DNA from: an uncultured Eubacteriales bacterium
Lineage (GTDB): Bacteria > Bacillota > Clostridia > Christensenellales > CAG-917
Reading direction: 5' to 3'
DNA: 64,000 nt
Assembly (NCBI GenBank): GCA_900549225.1
Contig: URNP01000003.1
Span: forward strand, 17,264 to 81,263
A program made the position numbers and the translations under genes. A model generated the notes under the pieces. That model was given only the letters and a program-made list of their open reading frames with translations. It did not search any database and was not told the DNA's origin. This document shows, one piece after another, positions 1-7,987 of the stretch. Positions within the stretch are counted from its first letter, which is position 1; each line of letters starts with the position of its first letter.

Positions 1-129
1 ATCGAGAGAGTCGTTAAGTACTACGTCGACGAAAACGGCAATCTTCCGACTAAATGTCCGCACGGCAGACCGGCTGTCGTTGCATTCAGCGCAAAAGATA
101 TCGAAAAACTCTTTAAGCGTATCGTCTGA
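1..129 (+). CDS. mutL: DNA mismatch repair protein MutL, C-terminal fragment (5' end outside window)
   Basis: Frame 1 is open from the window edge to TGA at 127-129. The tail ...NGNLPTKCPHGRPAVVAFSAKDIEKLFKRIV carries the CPHGRP motif of MutL C-terminal domains. mutL-miaA adjacency is usual in Firmicutes. Confidence 0.6.
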   Translation: MERVVKYYVDENGNLPTKCPHGRPAVVAFSAKDIEKLFKRIV

Positions 130-265
130 GCGCAGGACTTGAAAGACTTTGTGACACGGTTGCATTGTTATATAAGGAATATATATAAGGATAATATGTA
201 AATAATCAATATATAAGCAATATATACGCAACCGGCGCGGTTTTGAATCGCATCTTAAAGCAACG

Positions 266-1216
266 ATGAAACGTATGAAAAAAGTGTATCCGCCGATTTA
301 TATCGCAGGTCCGACGGCGTCGGGGAAATCCGATCTCGCCGTGAAACTCGCCTCAAAATTCGACAGCGTGATTATTTCTGCCGACAGTATGCAGATATAT
401 CGAACGCTGGATATCGGCACGGCAAAAGAAGATTCGAGCGTGCGAAATAAAATTCCGCATAAACTCATCGACGTCGTAGATCCGTGCGACGAATTTTCGG
501 TTGCAGAATTTGCTCGTATGGCTAAAATCGAAATCGAAAACGCGCAAAACGAGGGCAAATTGCCAATAATCGTGGGCGGAACGGGGCTGTATTTCGAGGC
601 GCTGCTTTATCCGATGAGTTTTGCGGGTACGAATAAAAACGAACAGTTGCGTGAAAAACTGCAAGCCGAACTCGAAGAAGTCGGAGCGCACGCTATGCAT
701 CAAAAACTCGCCGAACTCGACCCCGAAAGCGCAAACAGACTTCACGAAAACGATACAAAACGCGTAATTCGCGCGCTTGAAATAGTTTTGTCCACGGGAA
801 AAACGCTGTCCGAATCAAAGGACGAGCGCGAAAAACCCGACGTGATTATGGTTGCGCTAAACGCCGACCGTAACCTTCTGTACGAAAGAATCAATCGCCG
901 AGTCGATAAAATGTTCGAGCAAGGACTCGTGGACGAGGTTCTCGGCGTCGGAGATTTTTCATATCAATCAATGCAGGCAATCGGCTATAAAGAGTTTGCA
1001 AACTGCAACTATACGAAAATCGACGGGAAATACGTCGTCGATGAGAACGAACTCGCCGAAATCAAGGATAAAATCAAGCAACATTCTCGAAATTACGCCA
1101 AACGACAACTCACTTGGTTCAGAAAATACGATTTCGTCAAGTGGTTCGATATAAGCGACGGCGACGGCGCAATCGAGTATATCTCGCAAAAAATCCGAGA
1201 AAAAACCGCGAAATAA
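266..1216 (+). CDS. miaA: tRNA dimethylallyltransferase
   Basis: 316-aa ORF with P-loop GPTASGKS and IIVGGTGLY motifs. It follows mutL. Confidence 0.93.
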   Translation: MKRMKKVYPPIYIAGPTASGKSDLAVKLASKFDSVIISADSMQIYRTLDIGTAKEDSSVRNKIPHKLIDVVDPCDEFSVAEFARMAKIEIENAQNEGKLPIIVGGTGLYFEALLYPMSFAGTNKNEQLREKLQAELEEVGAHAMHQKLAELDPESANRLHENDTKRVIRALEIVLSTGKTLSESKDEREKPDVIMVALNADRNLLYERINRRVDKMFEQGLVDEVLGVGDFSYQSMQAIGYKEFANCNYTKIDGKYVVDENELAEIKDKIKQHSRNYAKRQLTWFRKYDFVKWFDISDGDGAIEYISQKIREKTAK

Positions 1217-1289
1217 TCTAAAATCCGTCGTGAACAATCTGCAAAATCACGATAAAATCTGAAAATAATACACTAAAAGGCATAAATTT

Positions 1290-2534
1290 ATGGACAAAAT
1301 TACGGCAAAAAATTTGCTCGCCAAATGCGAAACCGAACTGAAAGATCAGTTCGCAAGACTTGACGATATCGCACTTTATAATCAGAAAAAGGTGCTCGAC
1401 GCATACAAAAATCAAGCGATTCAGGCTCGCCATATGTTCGGAACGACCGGTTACGGCTACGACGATATCGGCAGAGATACGCTTTGCAGGCTCTACGCCG
1501 ACGTTTTTCACGCAGAAAGCGCGATCGTTTCGCCTAATATCGTTTCGGGAACGCACGCTTTGACGCTGATGCTGTTTGGCGTTTTGCGCCCGGGCGACAA
1601 ACTTTTGGCGGTGTCCGGAATGCCTTACGATACGCTTACGGACGTGATTTCGGCCGAAAATAAAGGTTCGTTGCGTGATTTCGGCGTTAAATTCGACAAA
1701 ATCGACTTGAAAACGAACCCCGATTTGACTCCCGAATTCGACTTTGAAGCCATCGAAAAAGCGCTTAAATCCGAGAAAATCAAAGCCGTTTTTGCCGCAA
1801 GAAGCCGCGGATACAGTCTTCGCCAAGCTATCAGCGTCGAAAACGTGGCAAAACTCATCGAATTTGTCAAAAAAATCAGCCCCGAAACGCTCGTTTTGAT
1901 CGATAACTGCTATGGCGAATTCGTCGAAAAAATCGAGCCTACGGACGTCGGCGCGGACCTGATTGCAGGCTCGCTTATCAAAAATATCGGTGGCGGAATC
2001 GCGCCTACTGGCGGATATATCGCAGGAAAATCCGCTCTCGTCGAGCAGGTTTCCTACCGTTTAACCGCGCCGTCGCTCGGCATGGAAGAAGGCTCGTACG
2101 CATACGGTTATTTGCCGTATTATCAAGGGCTGTTTCTTGCGCCGTCTGCCGTCAAAAACGCGCTCAAAGGCTCGCTTTTGTTTGCAAAAACGTACTCAAA
2201 ACTCGGTTTTGAAACCCTTCCGCGCGACGAGATGAAGCCTTACGATATCGTGACGAGCATTAAACTCGGTTCTGAAGACAAATTAATTGATTTTTGCGGC
2301 GCGATTCAGGAAATTTCGCCGATCGACAGCAACGTCAAACCGATGCCGTGGGATATGCCGGGCTACCAAAATCAGGTCATTATGGCCGCGGGCGCTTTCG
2401 TGCAAGGCTCGTCAATCGAATTGAGCGCAGATTCGCCGATCAAAGAGCCGTATATCGTTTACGTTCAAGGCGGCTTAACCTACGAACATGCGTATCTCGC
2501 CGTTTTGCATACGCTGGAATGCCTCAAGTTTTGA
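1290..2534 (+). CDS. PLP-dependent methionine gamma-lyase family protein (aluminium-resistance / YnbB-like)
   Basis: 414-aa ORF with full-length resemblance, from memory, to the YnbB family that commonly follows miaA in Firmicutes. Weak SD AAAGG upstream. Confidence 0.7.
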   Translation: MDKITAKNLLAKCETELKDQFARLDDIALYNQKKVLDAYKNQAIQARHMFGTTGYGYDDIGRDTLCRLYADVFHAESAIVSPNIVSGTHALTLMLFGVLRPGDKLLAVSGMPYDTLTDVISAENKGSLRDFGVKFDKIDLKTNPDLTPEFDFEAIEKALKSEKIKAVFAARSRGYSLRQAISVENVAKLIEFVKKISPETLVLIDNCYGEFVEKIEPTDVGADLIAGSLIKNIGGGIAPTGGYIAGKSALVEQVSYRLTAPSLGMEEGSYAYGYLPYYQGLFLAPSAVKNALKGSLLFAKTYSKLGFETLPRDEMKPYDIVTSIKLGSEDKLIDFCGAIQEISPIDSNVKPMPWDMPGYQNQVIMAAGAFVQGSSIELSADSPIKEPYIVYVQGGLTYEHAYLAVLHTLECLKF

Positions 2535-3025
2535 CGGGGTTTTCGGACAAAATCGGTCGGACAAAATCGGGTCGTACGAATAGAATTTTTAACGGTAAAA
2601 CCGACGGGATTATCGCAAGATTTCGCAACGAAATAACAACGTGATAATTCATCCGCAAAGAAAACAGCAAAATCAACGGTAAAGACAACCGGATTTCAAG
2701 CCGACAAATCGATAGTAAAACAAGCGGTAATATCGGGTGAATTGTCAAGTATTATCTAAAATTAAAATCTGACTTTTGAATTTGAATATAACGCAATTTG
2801 ACGGTCAATATGTCAGGTGAATCAAAATGCGCAATCGCAATCAAAGCGCAAATTGATTTTACAAAATTTTGCTGCACATTTATATAATCCTCTATTTAGA
2901 GGTGTTTTTATCACTTTCTCTGCGTAAAGCCTGTATTTTGCGAATAGTTTATATGCGGGTCAAATTGTATAATTCACTGCAAAATCGGAGATTTTTCAAC
3001 AAAGATTGATTTTTGAAATTGCATC

Positions 3026-3054
3026 TTGAATTATCCCCTTGTTGCTGATATAAT
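3026..3054 (+). promoter_or_regulatory. sigma-A type promoter candidate (TTGAAT-17-TATAAT)
   Basis: TTGAAT at 3026-3031, 17-nt spacer, TATAAT at 3049-3054, about 50 nt upstream of the 3105 ATG. Confidence 0.5.
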
Positions 3055-3104
3055 TTATCGGTGTTGATTTTCCGAAATAATACTCCTTAAACGAGGAAAA
3101 ATAT

Positions 3105-3647
3105 ATGACGCTATATCACGGTTCTGACAAAAACGGATTGACTACTCTTCGTCCGTATATTTCCGATCACGGAAAACCTTACGTGTATTTTACCGATTGC
3201 TTTAACCTTGCCGTCATGTATGCCGCTAAAAATCCGATCAATACTTATTGGTTCAAAGACGGTGTTTTGCATTACGACGAATACTTTGAGGGTCAATTTG
3301 AGGCTTTGCACGACGGGAAATCGGGCACGATTTACGGCTATGACGGAACGCTGACGAAATATGAAAGAATGCCGTGGGTGTATCTGTCGGAAACGGCGGT
3401 TGACGTTTGCGCTGTGACTCATATCGATAATATTTACGAATATCTGAATGAACTCGTCACAAAAGGAGATATTGCTCTTCACTCCTACAACGATTTTTCC
3501 GACAAGGCGAAGGAATTTCATTTGTCACAAATCCGCAACGAGATAGTTTGCAATAATCTGATTGACAAGCCCGACGATTCGTACGCTGTTTTTATGCAAA
3601 CATATTTCCCGACCGTGTGGAAAAGCGTTTTGATTGAAAATCGTTAA
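3105..3647 (+). CDS. hypothetical protein (180 aa), family not recognised
   Basis: ORF with SD (ACGAGGAAAA) 7 nt upstream, its own promoter candidate and a strong terminator. It begins MTLYHGSDKNG... Confidence 0.65.
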   Translation: MTLYHGSDKNGLTTLRPYISDHGKPYVYFTDCFNLAVMYAAKNPINTYWFKDGVLHYDEYFEGQFEALHDGKSGTIYGYDGTLTKYERMPWVYLSETAVDVCAVTHIDNIYEYLNELVTKGDIALHSYNDFSDKAKEFHLSQIRNEIVCNNLIDKPDDSYAVFMQTYFPTVWKSVLIENR

Positions 3648-3669
3648 CGCATTTTGATGGTTTGAAGAG

Positions 3670-3696
3670 AAAAAACCGCTAAAACAGCGGTTTTTT
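3670..3696. terminator. bidirectional rho-independent terminator
   Basis: AAAAACCGCT-AAAAC-AGCGGTTTTTT: hairpin flanked by an A-run and a T-run, between convergent genes. Confidence 0.8.
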
Positions 3697-3730
3697 AGAT
3701 GGATTTGTGTGGTCTTTTGGTGTTGTGTTG

Positions 3731-3820
3731 ATCGATTTGATAGTCAATTGCTTGTCGATTTATAGTCAGGGATTGACGATTTATAGTCAGGCTGCTTACA
3801 GATTTGTAGTCAGGCGTTTA
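3731..3820. repeat. four tandem about 21-23 bp repeats, core GATTT(A/G)(T)AGTCA(G/A)G
   Basis: Cores at 3734-3747, 3757-3770, 3778-3791 and 3801-3814. The last copy contains the stop codon (3810-3812) of the minus-strand gene. Confidence 0.85.
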
Positions 3821-4682
3821 TCGAGCGATCGTAGCAGTCCTTCATATAGAGCGAATCGAACATTTGCGTACCTGCGGATTCGCTGAGGATATGCGGAGTC
3901 AGATTGTTTTTGACGATGACTTCGCAAAGCGGCTCGAACTCAGGGCCGTAGACGTTGTCGGCAAAAGTGAGATGCTTGATCTCCCCTTTCGCCCCGTACA
4001 TTATTTTGCTGAAATGCACGTGCATATTCTTGGTTTTTTCCTCGCCGAGTCCGTCAAACATATCGTCGATTATCCGTTGAAAGTCGTCTGCCGTCTTTAA
4101 TGCGCCACCCCATAGACTGTTGACGTGACCGAAATCGACGCAAGGATAGACGTTGGGTGCAAGTTTGCAAAGTTCGATGACTTCTTTTACCGTGCCGATT
4201 TGCGCTTGTTTGCCCATGGTTTCGGGACATACGATAAGGTCGTCGTCACCGTTTTGCTTTATTGCATCGAGCGCACGGGCAAAATTGTCAAGGGTTCGTG
4301 CAAACGCTTCGTTGCGAGGTTGTTTGCCTTCGGCACCCGGATGAAATACGCATCTTTGACCGTGAAAGTGTCTGAGCGCTTTGAGAGAACTCGTCAGATA
4401 ATTTATTGAATTGTCGGCTTTTTCCTGCTCGACGGACGCAAAATTGATGAAATAAGGCGCGTGAACGCTGATTTCGATGTTGTATTTGTCCGACTCCTCA
4501 CCTATTGCCTCGGCGGTTGCTTCGCCGATGCGAACGCCTTTGCCGAAGGAATACTCAAAAAGGTCGAGTCCTTTTTCACTCAACCACTTGGGCATCTGCA
4601 AGGTTGCGGTGAGTCCGTCTTTTGTGAATTGTTCGTCGTGTCCGGAAGGTCCGAACAATGCTTTTTCGTGGGATTTTATCAT
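3810..4682 (-). CDS. endonuclease IV-like / xylose-isomerase-like TIM-barrel protein
   Basis: ORF 3810-4712. GAGGG SD precedes the second ATG at 4682 (MIKSHEK...). Motifs ISVHAPYFINFAS, VFHPG, ETMGK and CVDFGHV parallel the metal-ligand motifs of the AP endonuclease 2 family. Confidence 0.72.
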   Translation of the reverse strand: MIKSHEKALFGPSGHDEQFTKDGLTATLQMPKWLSEKGLDLFEYSFGKGVRIGEATAEAIGEESDKYNIEISVHAPYFINFASVEQEKADNSINYLTSSLKALRHFHGQRCVFHPGAEGKQPRNEAFARTLDNFARALDAIKQNGDDDLIVCPETMGKQAQIGTVKEVIELCKLAPNVYPCVDFGHVNSLWGGALKTADDFQRIIDDMFDGLGEEKTKNMHVHFSKIMYGAKGEIKHLTFADNVYGPEFEPLCEVIVKNNLTPHILSESAGTQMFDSLYMKDCYDRSINA

Positions 4683-4748
4683 ATATACCCTCGCTTTATT
4701 TGAAATATACATTTTGATTTATTTCAAATATAGATTTCGCTTTTTATT

Positions 4749-5708
4749 TCAAATTTGCGTCGGTTCTGTCAATACGTTGCATAACGGCTTGATATCGTAG
4801 CCGTTGAGGATTGCGATTGAGTTTTTCTCGTCAAGGTCGAGTTGCGCACGCAAGTCGTTTTGCGAGACAAACTTCTTGATATCACGCATTTTTTTGATGA
4901 AATACACCGTGATTTCTTTGCCGTAGACGTCGCTTTGAAAATCGATTATATAGGTTTCGACGGAAACAGAATCGTCAGAAAACGTGGGTTTCGTGCCGAC
5001 GTTGGTCATTGATTTGTAAATCTTGCCGTCGATTTCGCAAAAAGTCGCGTATATGCCGTTGCAAAGCGGCAATCTCGCCGCGTCGGGCAAAATATTGGTT
5101 GTGGGAAAGCCCATTCCCGTGCCTTTGTGGCGTGCGTGAACGACTTGTCCGCTAATAAAATACGGAATTGCCAAAAACTCGTTTAAGGCATCGACCTGTC
5201 CGTTTTTTACGTAATTTTTGAGAGTTGAAGTGGAAATTTTCTCACCGTTGGCGGTTTCAAAAGGCACGACCTCCAAATAGATGCCGTTTTCAACACAAAA
5301 ACTTCTGAGCGTTTCGATATTGCCTTTGGCAAATCGTCCGAAGGTGTAATCTGCTCCGACAAAAATGGCTTTTACGTTAAAATTTGACGTCAAAGCGTGT
5401 AAAAACTCGAGCGGCGACATATCTGCAAACGATTGATCGAAGTGAGCGCCGACGACTACGTCCAAACAGCATTTGTCAAGGACTTTTACTCTGTCGTCAA
5501 ACGTGTATATCTGCTTCTCTTTGCCGAAAGTCAAGTTGGGATCGTTGACGAAGGTCAAAAGCGCACTTTTCGTGCCGTGAATTCGAGAATAGGAAATCGC
5601 AGACCTGACGAGTTTCTCGTGGCCTTTGTGAATGCAATCGAAGAATCCGAGCGAAACCGCTATCGGAGCGTCGAATTTGTGATTGAAATCAACAACTCGT
5701 ATGCTCAT
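4749..5708 (-). CDS. ribF: bifunctional riboflavin kinase / FAD synthetase
   Basis: ORF 4749-5756 with probable start at ATG 5708 (MSIRVVDF...), just after the truB stop. GFFDCIHKGHEKL nucleotidyltransferase motif plus a C-terminal kinase half (GFPTTN). Confidence 0.9.
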   Translation of the reverse strand: MSIRVVDFNHKFDAPIAVSLGFFDCIHKGHEKLVRSAISYSRIHGTKSALLTFVNDPNLTFGKEKQIYTFDDRVKVLDKCCLDVVVGAHFDQSFADMSPLEFLHALTSNFNVKAIFVGADYTFGRFAKGNIETLRSFCVENGIYLEVVPFETANGEKISTSTLKNYVKNGQVDALNEFLAIPYFISGQVVHARHKGTGMGFPTTNILPDAARLPLCNGIYATFCEIDGKIYKSMTNVGTKPTFSDDSVSVETYIIDFQSDVYGKEITVYFIKKMRDIKKFVSQNDLRAQLDLDEKNSIAILNGYDIKPLCNVLTEPTQI

Positions 5709-5716
5709 AACCCCTC

Positions 5717-6604
5717 TCAAAGTCTCGTTTTCATACGCAATAAACCGTCTTTGCAAGTCGCTATGCCGAGCACATCACCGTCGCATTCCACGACGAAATC
5801 GTCTTTGGGCGCATCTTGCAATCTGATTGCGACTCCGTTGAGAACTTTGCTCTTTTGATCGTCTGAAAGTTGAATCCGCTCAAAAGATTTTAGTGCGGAA
5901 TCTATATTTTTCAAATATCTAATCGGTTCTTTTTCAAAATCAGATAAAGAAACAGAATCGGAAAGTCGAAAATCTCCGCTTTTGATTCGCTGTATCGACG
6001 ACATATACGCAAGAGTATTCAATCTTGCCGCAAGGTCTCTTGCGATCGAACGAATATACGTTCCGCTCGAACACGCTATTTCAAAGGCGTATTCGTTTTT
6101 CTGTAAAGAATACGGATTGCCGCATACGTCGTTATCGACAAGTTTTGCGTAGTAAATCGTCACTTTTTTCGGTTTCAAATCGACTTCTATGCCTGCTCTT
6201 GCCAAGTCGTAGGCTCTGACTCCTCCGACGGATTTTGCCGAGTATTGCGGCGGTATTTGCTCTACTTCACCGCAAACGCTATCGAGCGCAAGCGCAATCT
6301 CTTCTTTGCTCGGAATCATGTCGCAAGTTGCGGTCACTTTTCCCATGCAATCGAGAGTGTCGGTGGTTTGTCCGAAAACGAAAGTCGCGCGATACACCTT
6401 GACTTTTTGCTGCATATAATCAAAAAGCCTCGTTGACGTACCAACCGCAATCGGCAAAACGCCCGTGCCTATAGGGTCGAGTGTGCCGAGATGACCGACT
6501 TTTTGCTTTTCGCCGCTGACTCTGCGCAATATTCCGCGCACTTTTACGACGACGTCGCTCGAAGTCATGCCTGAAGGTTTGTTGATATTGACGAAGCCTT
6601 TCAT
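5717..6604 (-). CDS. truB: tRNA pseudouridine(55) synthase
   Basis: ORF 5717-6739 with start taken at ATG 6604 (MKGFVNINKPSGMTSSDVV). Catalytic GHLGTLDP motif. Confidence 0.93.
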   Translation of the reverse strand: MKGFVNINKPSGMTSSDVVVKVRGILRRVSGEKQKVGHLGTLDPIGTGVLPIAVGTSTRLFDYMQQKVKVYRATFVFGQTTDTLDCMGKVTATCDMIPSKEEIALALDSVCGEVEQIPPQYSAKSVGGVRAYDLARAGIEVDLKPKKVTIYYAKLVDNDVCGNPYSLQKNEYAFEIACSSGTYIRSIARDLAARLNTLAYMSSIQRIKSGDFRLSDSVSLSDFEKEPIRYLKNIDSALKSFERIQLSDDQKSKVLNGVAIRLQDAPKDDFVVECDGDVLGIATCKDGLLRMKTRL

Positions 6605-6638
6605 ATATATGGTTTTGGTATTTTGTGAAAATACCGCT

Positions 6639-7589
6639 TTAGATTCTGTCTTTTGCAAGTTTCGTGAGTTTTTCGACGATATCCTCGAGATAGCCGTTGA
6701 CTCTGCAACCTGCCGCAAGCCTGTGCCCTCCACCGCCAAACTGCATTGCGATATCCGCCGCGTCTACGGGGTCTTTGCTCCGTATGCTGAGTTTGAAATT
6801 CCTCTCGCCGACTTGGGAGAGCGCATACGCGACTTTGACGCTGTCGACGTTGATAAGTTCGGAAACGATACCTTCTGTATCGTCGCTCGTTGTGCCCGTT
6901 GCCTCGAAGTCTTCTTTCATAAAGAATATAAATGCGATTTGCTCGTCAACGAGTTTTGCCTTTGCCAACGCTCTGCGTTTGAGGTTGAATTTTTGCGTGC
7001 TTTCACTGCTGTACGCTTTGTAAATCACCTCTTGCGGATCAAAATCGTACTCGAGCAACTTGCAAGCAATCTCGTGAGTGCGTCTCGTTACGTTCGAATA
7101 TGAAAAACAACCGGTATCGGTGACGATGCCGCAAAACAGCGACTTAGCAACCGTATCGTCTATCGCTTTCATATATTTCAAAAGTTCAAAAACGATTTCG
7201 GCGCAAGCGCTTGCGTCTTTGTCAACGAGGCAAAGCGAGGCAAATCTCTCAAAAGACTTGTGATGATCAATTGCTATCTGTTCTTTTGCCGACAAAAACG
7301 ACTTCATACATTGACCTAAACGGTCAACGGCACTCGAATCAATGCTTATGGCAAGTTCGTGCACGCTTTTTTTTGGGAAATCGATATCTTGACTATACGG
7401 CAAAAATTTATATTTTTCGGGAACGAGAGAATCGCAATACGCACTCACGTTTTTACCCGCGTTTTTGAGTGCGGCGTACAGCGCAAGCATACTGCCCAGT
7501 GCGTCGCCGTCGGGTTTTGTGTGACAATAAAGCGCAATATCGTTTGCACGGCTTATCTTCTTGGAAATTTCGTGAAGAACGTCGTTCAT
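6639..7589 (-). CDS. nrnA: DHH-family phosphoesterase (oligoribonuclease / pAp phosphatase NrnA-like)
   Basis: Motifs HTKPDGDALGS, DTGCF and GGGH (DHHA1). ATGA overlap with the rbfA stop. Confidence 0.85.
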   Translation of the reverse strand: MNDVLHEISKKISRANDIALYCHTKPDGDALGSMLALYAALKNAGKNVSAYCDSLVPEKYKFLPYSQDIDFPKKSVHELAISIDSSAVDRLGQCMKSFLSAKEQIAIDHHKSFERFASLCLVDKDASACAEIVFELLKYMKAIDDTVAKSLFCGIVTDTGCFSYSNVTRRTHEIACKLLEYDFDPQEVIYKAYSSESTQKFNLKRRALAKAKLVDEQIAFIFFMKEDFEATGTTSDDTEGIVSELINVDSVKVAYALSQVGERNFKLSIRSKDPVDAADIAMQFGGGGHRLAAGCRVNGYLEDIVEKLTKLAKDRI

Positions 7590-7987
7590 TTGCTCTGCTC
7601 GTCTTGCTCGTTTTGCGCGTTTTCGGCTCTTTGCTCGTCCTGTTTCTTGATTTGATTGAGGATCTCGTCGATTTTGATGCTGTAATCGACGCTGTCGTCA
7701 ATGAGGAAATTCAGTTCGGGCAAAAGCCTGATCTGCACGCTGTCTTTGAGCATGTTGCGAATAAACGTCTTGGAGCGGCAAACGGTGTAATACGCCTCTT
7801 GCCTCTCCTCGTCGCTGTTTGCGTATATCGACAAATACACTTTTGCGTATTTAAGGTCGGGCGTGGTGTAAAGTTTGGTCACGCCGATTATAGCATTGTG
7901 AAGACGCGGGTCTTTCACGTCTTCGGCAATGATTTTGGTGATTTGTCTGGCGAGTTCGGAATTGACTCGCTCCATTTTAATTTTCAT
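7586..7987 (-). CDS. rbfA: ribosome-binding factor A
   Basis: 133 aa, RbfA-like N-terminus, GGAGA SD, positioned directly after infB. Q/E-rich C-terminal tail. Confidence 0.88.
   Translation of the reverse strand: MKIKMERVNSELARQITKIIAEDVKDPRLHNAIIGVTKLYTTPDLKYAKVYLSIYANSDEERQEAYYTVCRSKTFIRNMLKDSVQIRLLPELNFLIDDSVDYSIKIDEILNQIKKQDEQRAENAQNEQDEQSK

Noticed and set aside
2524-2748. A 74-aa minus-strand ORF and a 25-codon plus-strand ORF (2810-2887) in the long ynbB-3105 spacer
   Set aside because: Neither has an SD or recognisable motifs, and the region is AT-rich and repetitive. Both are more likely noncoding.
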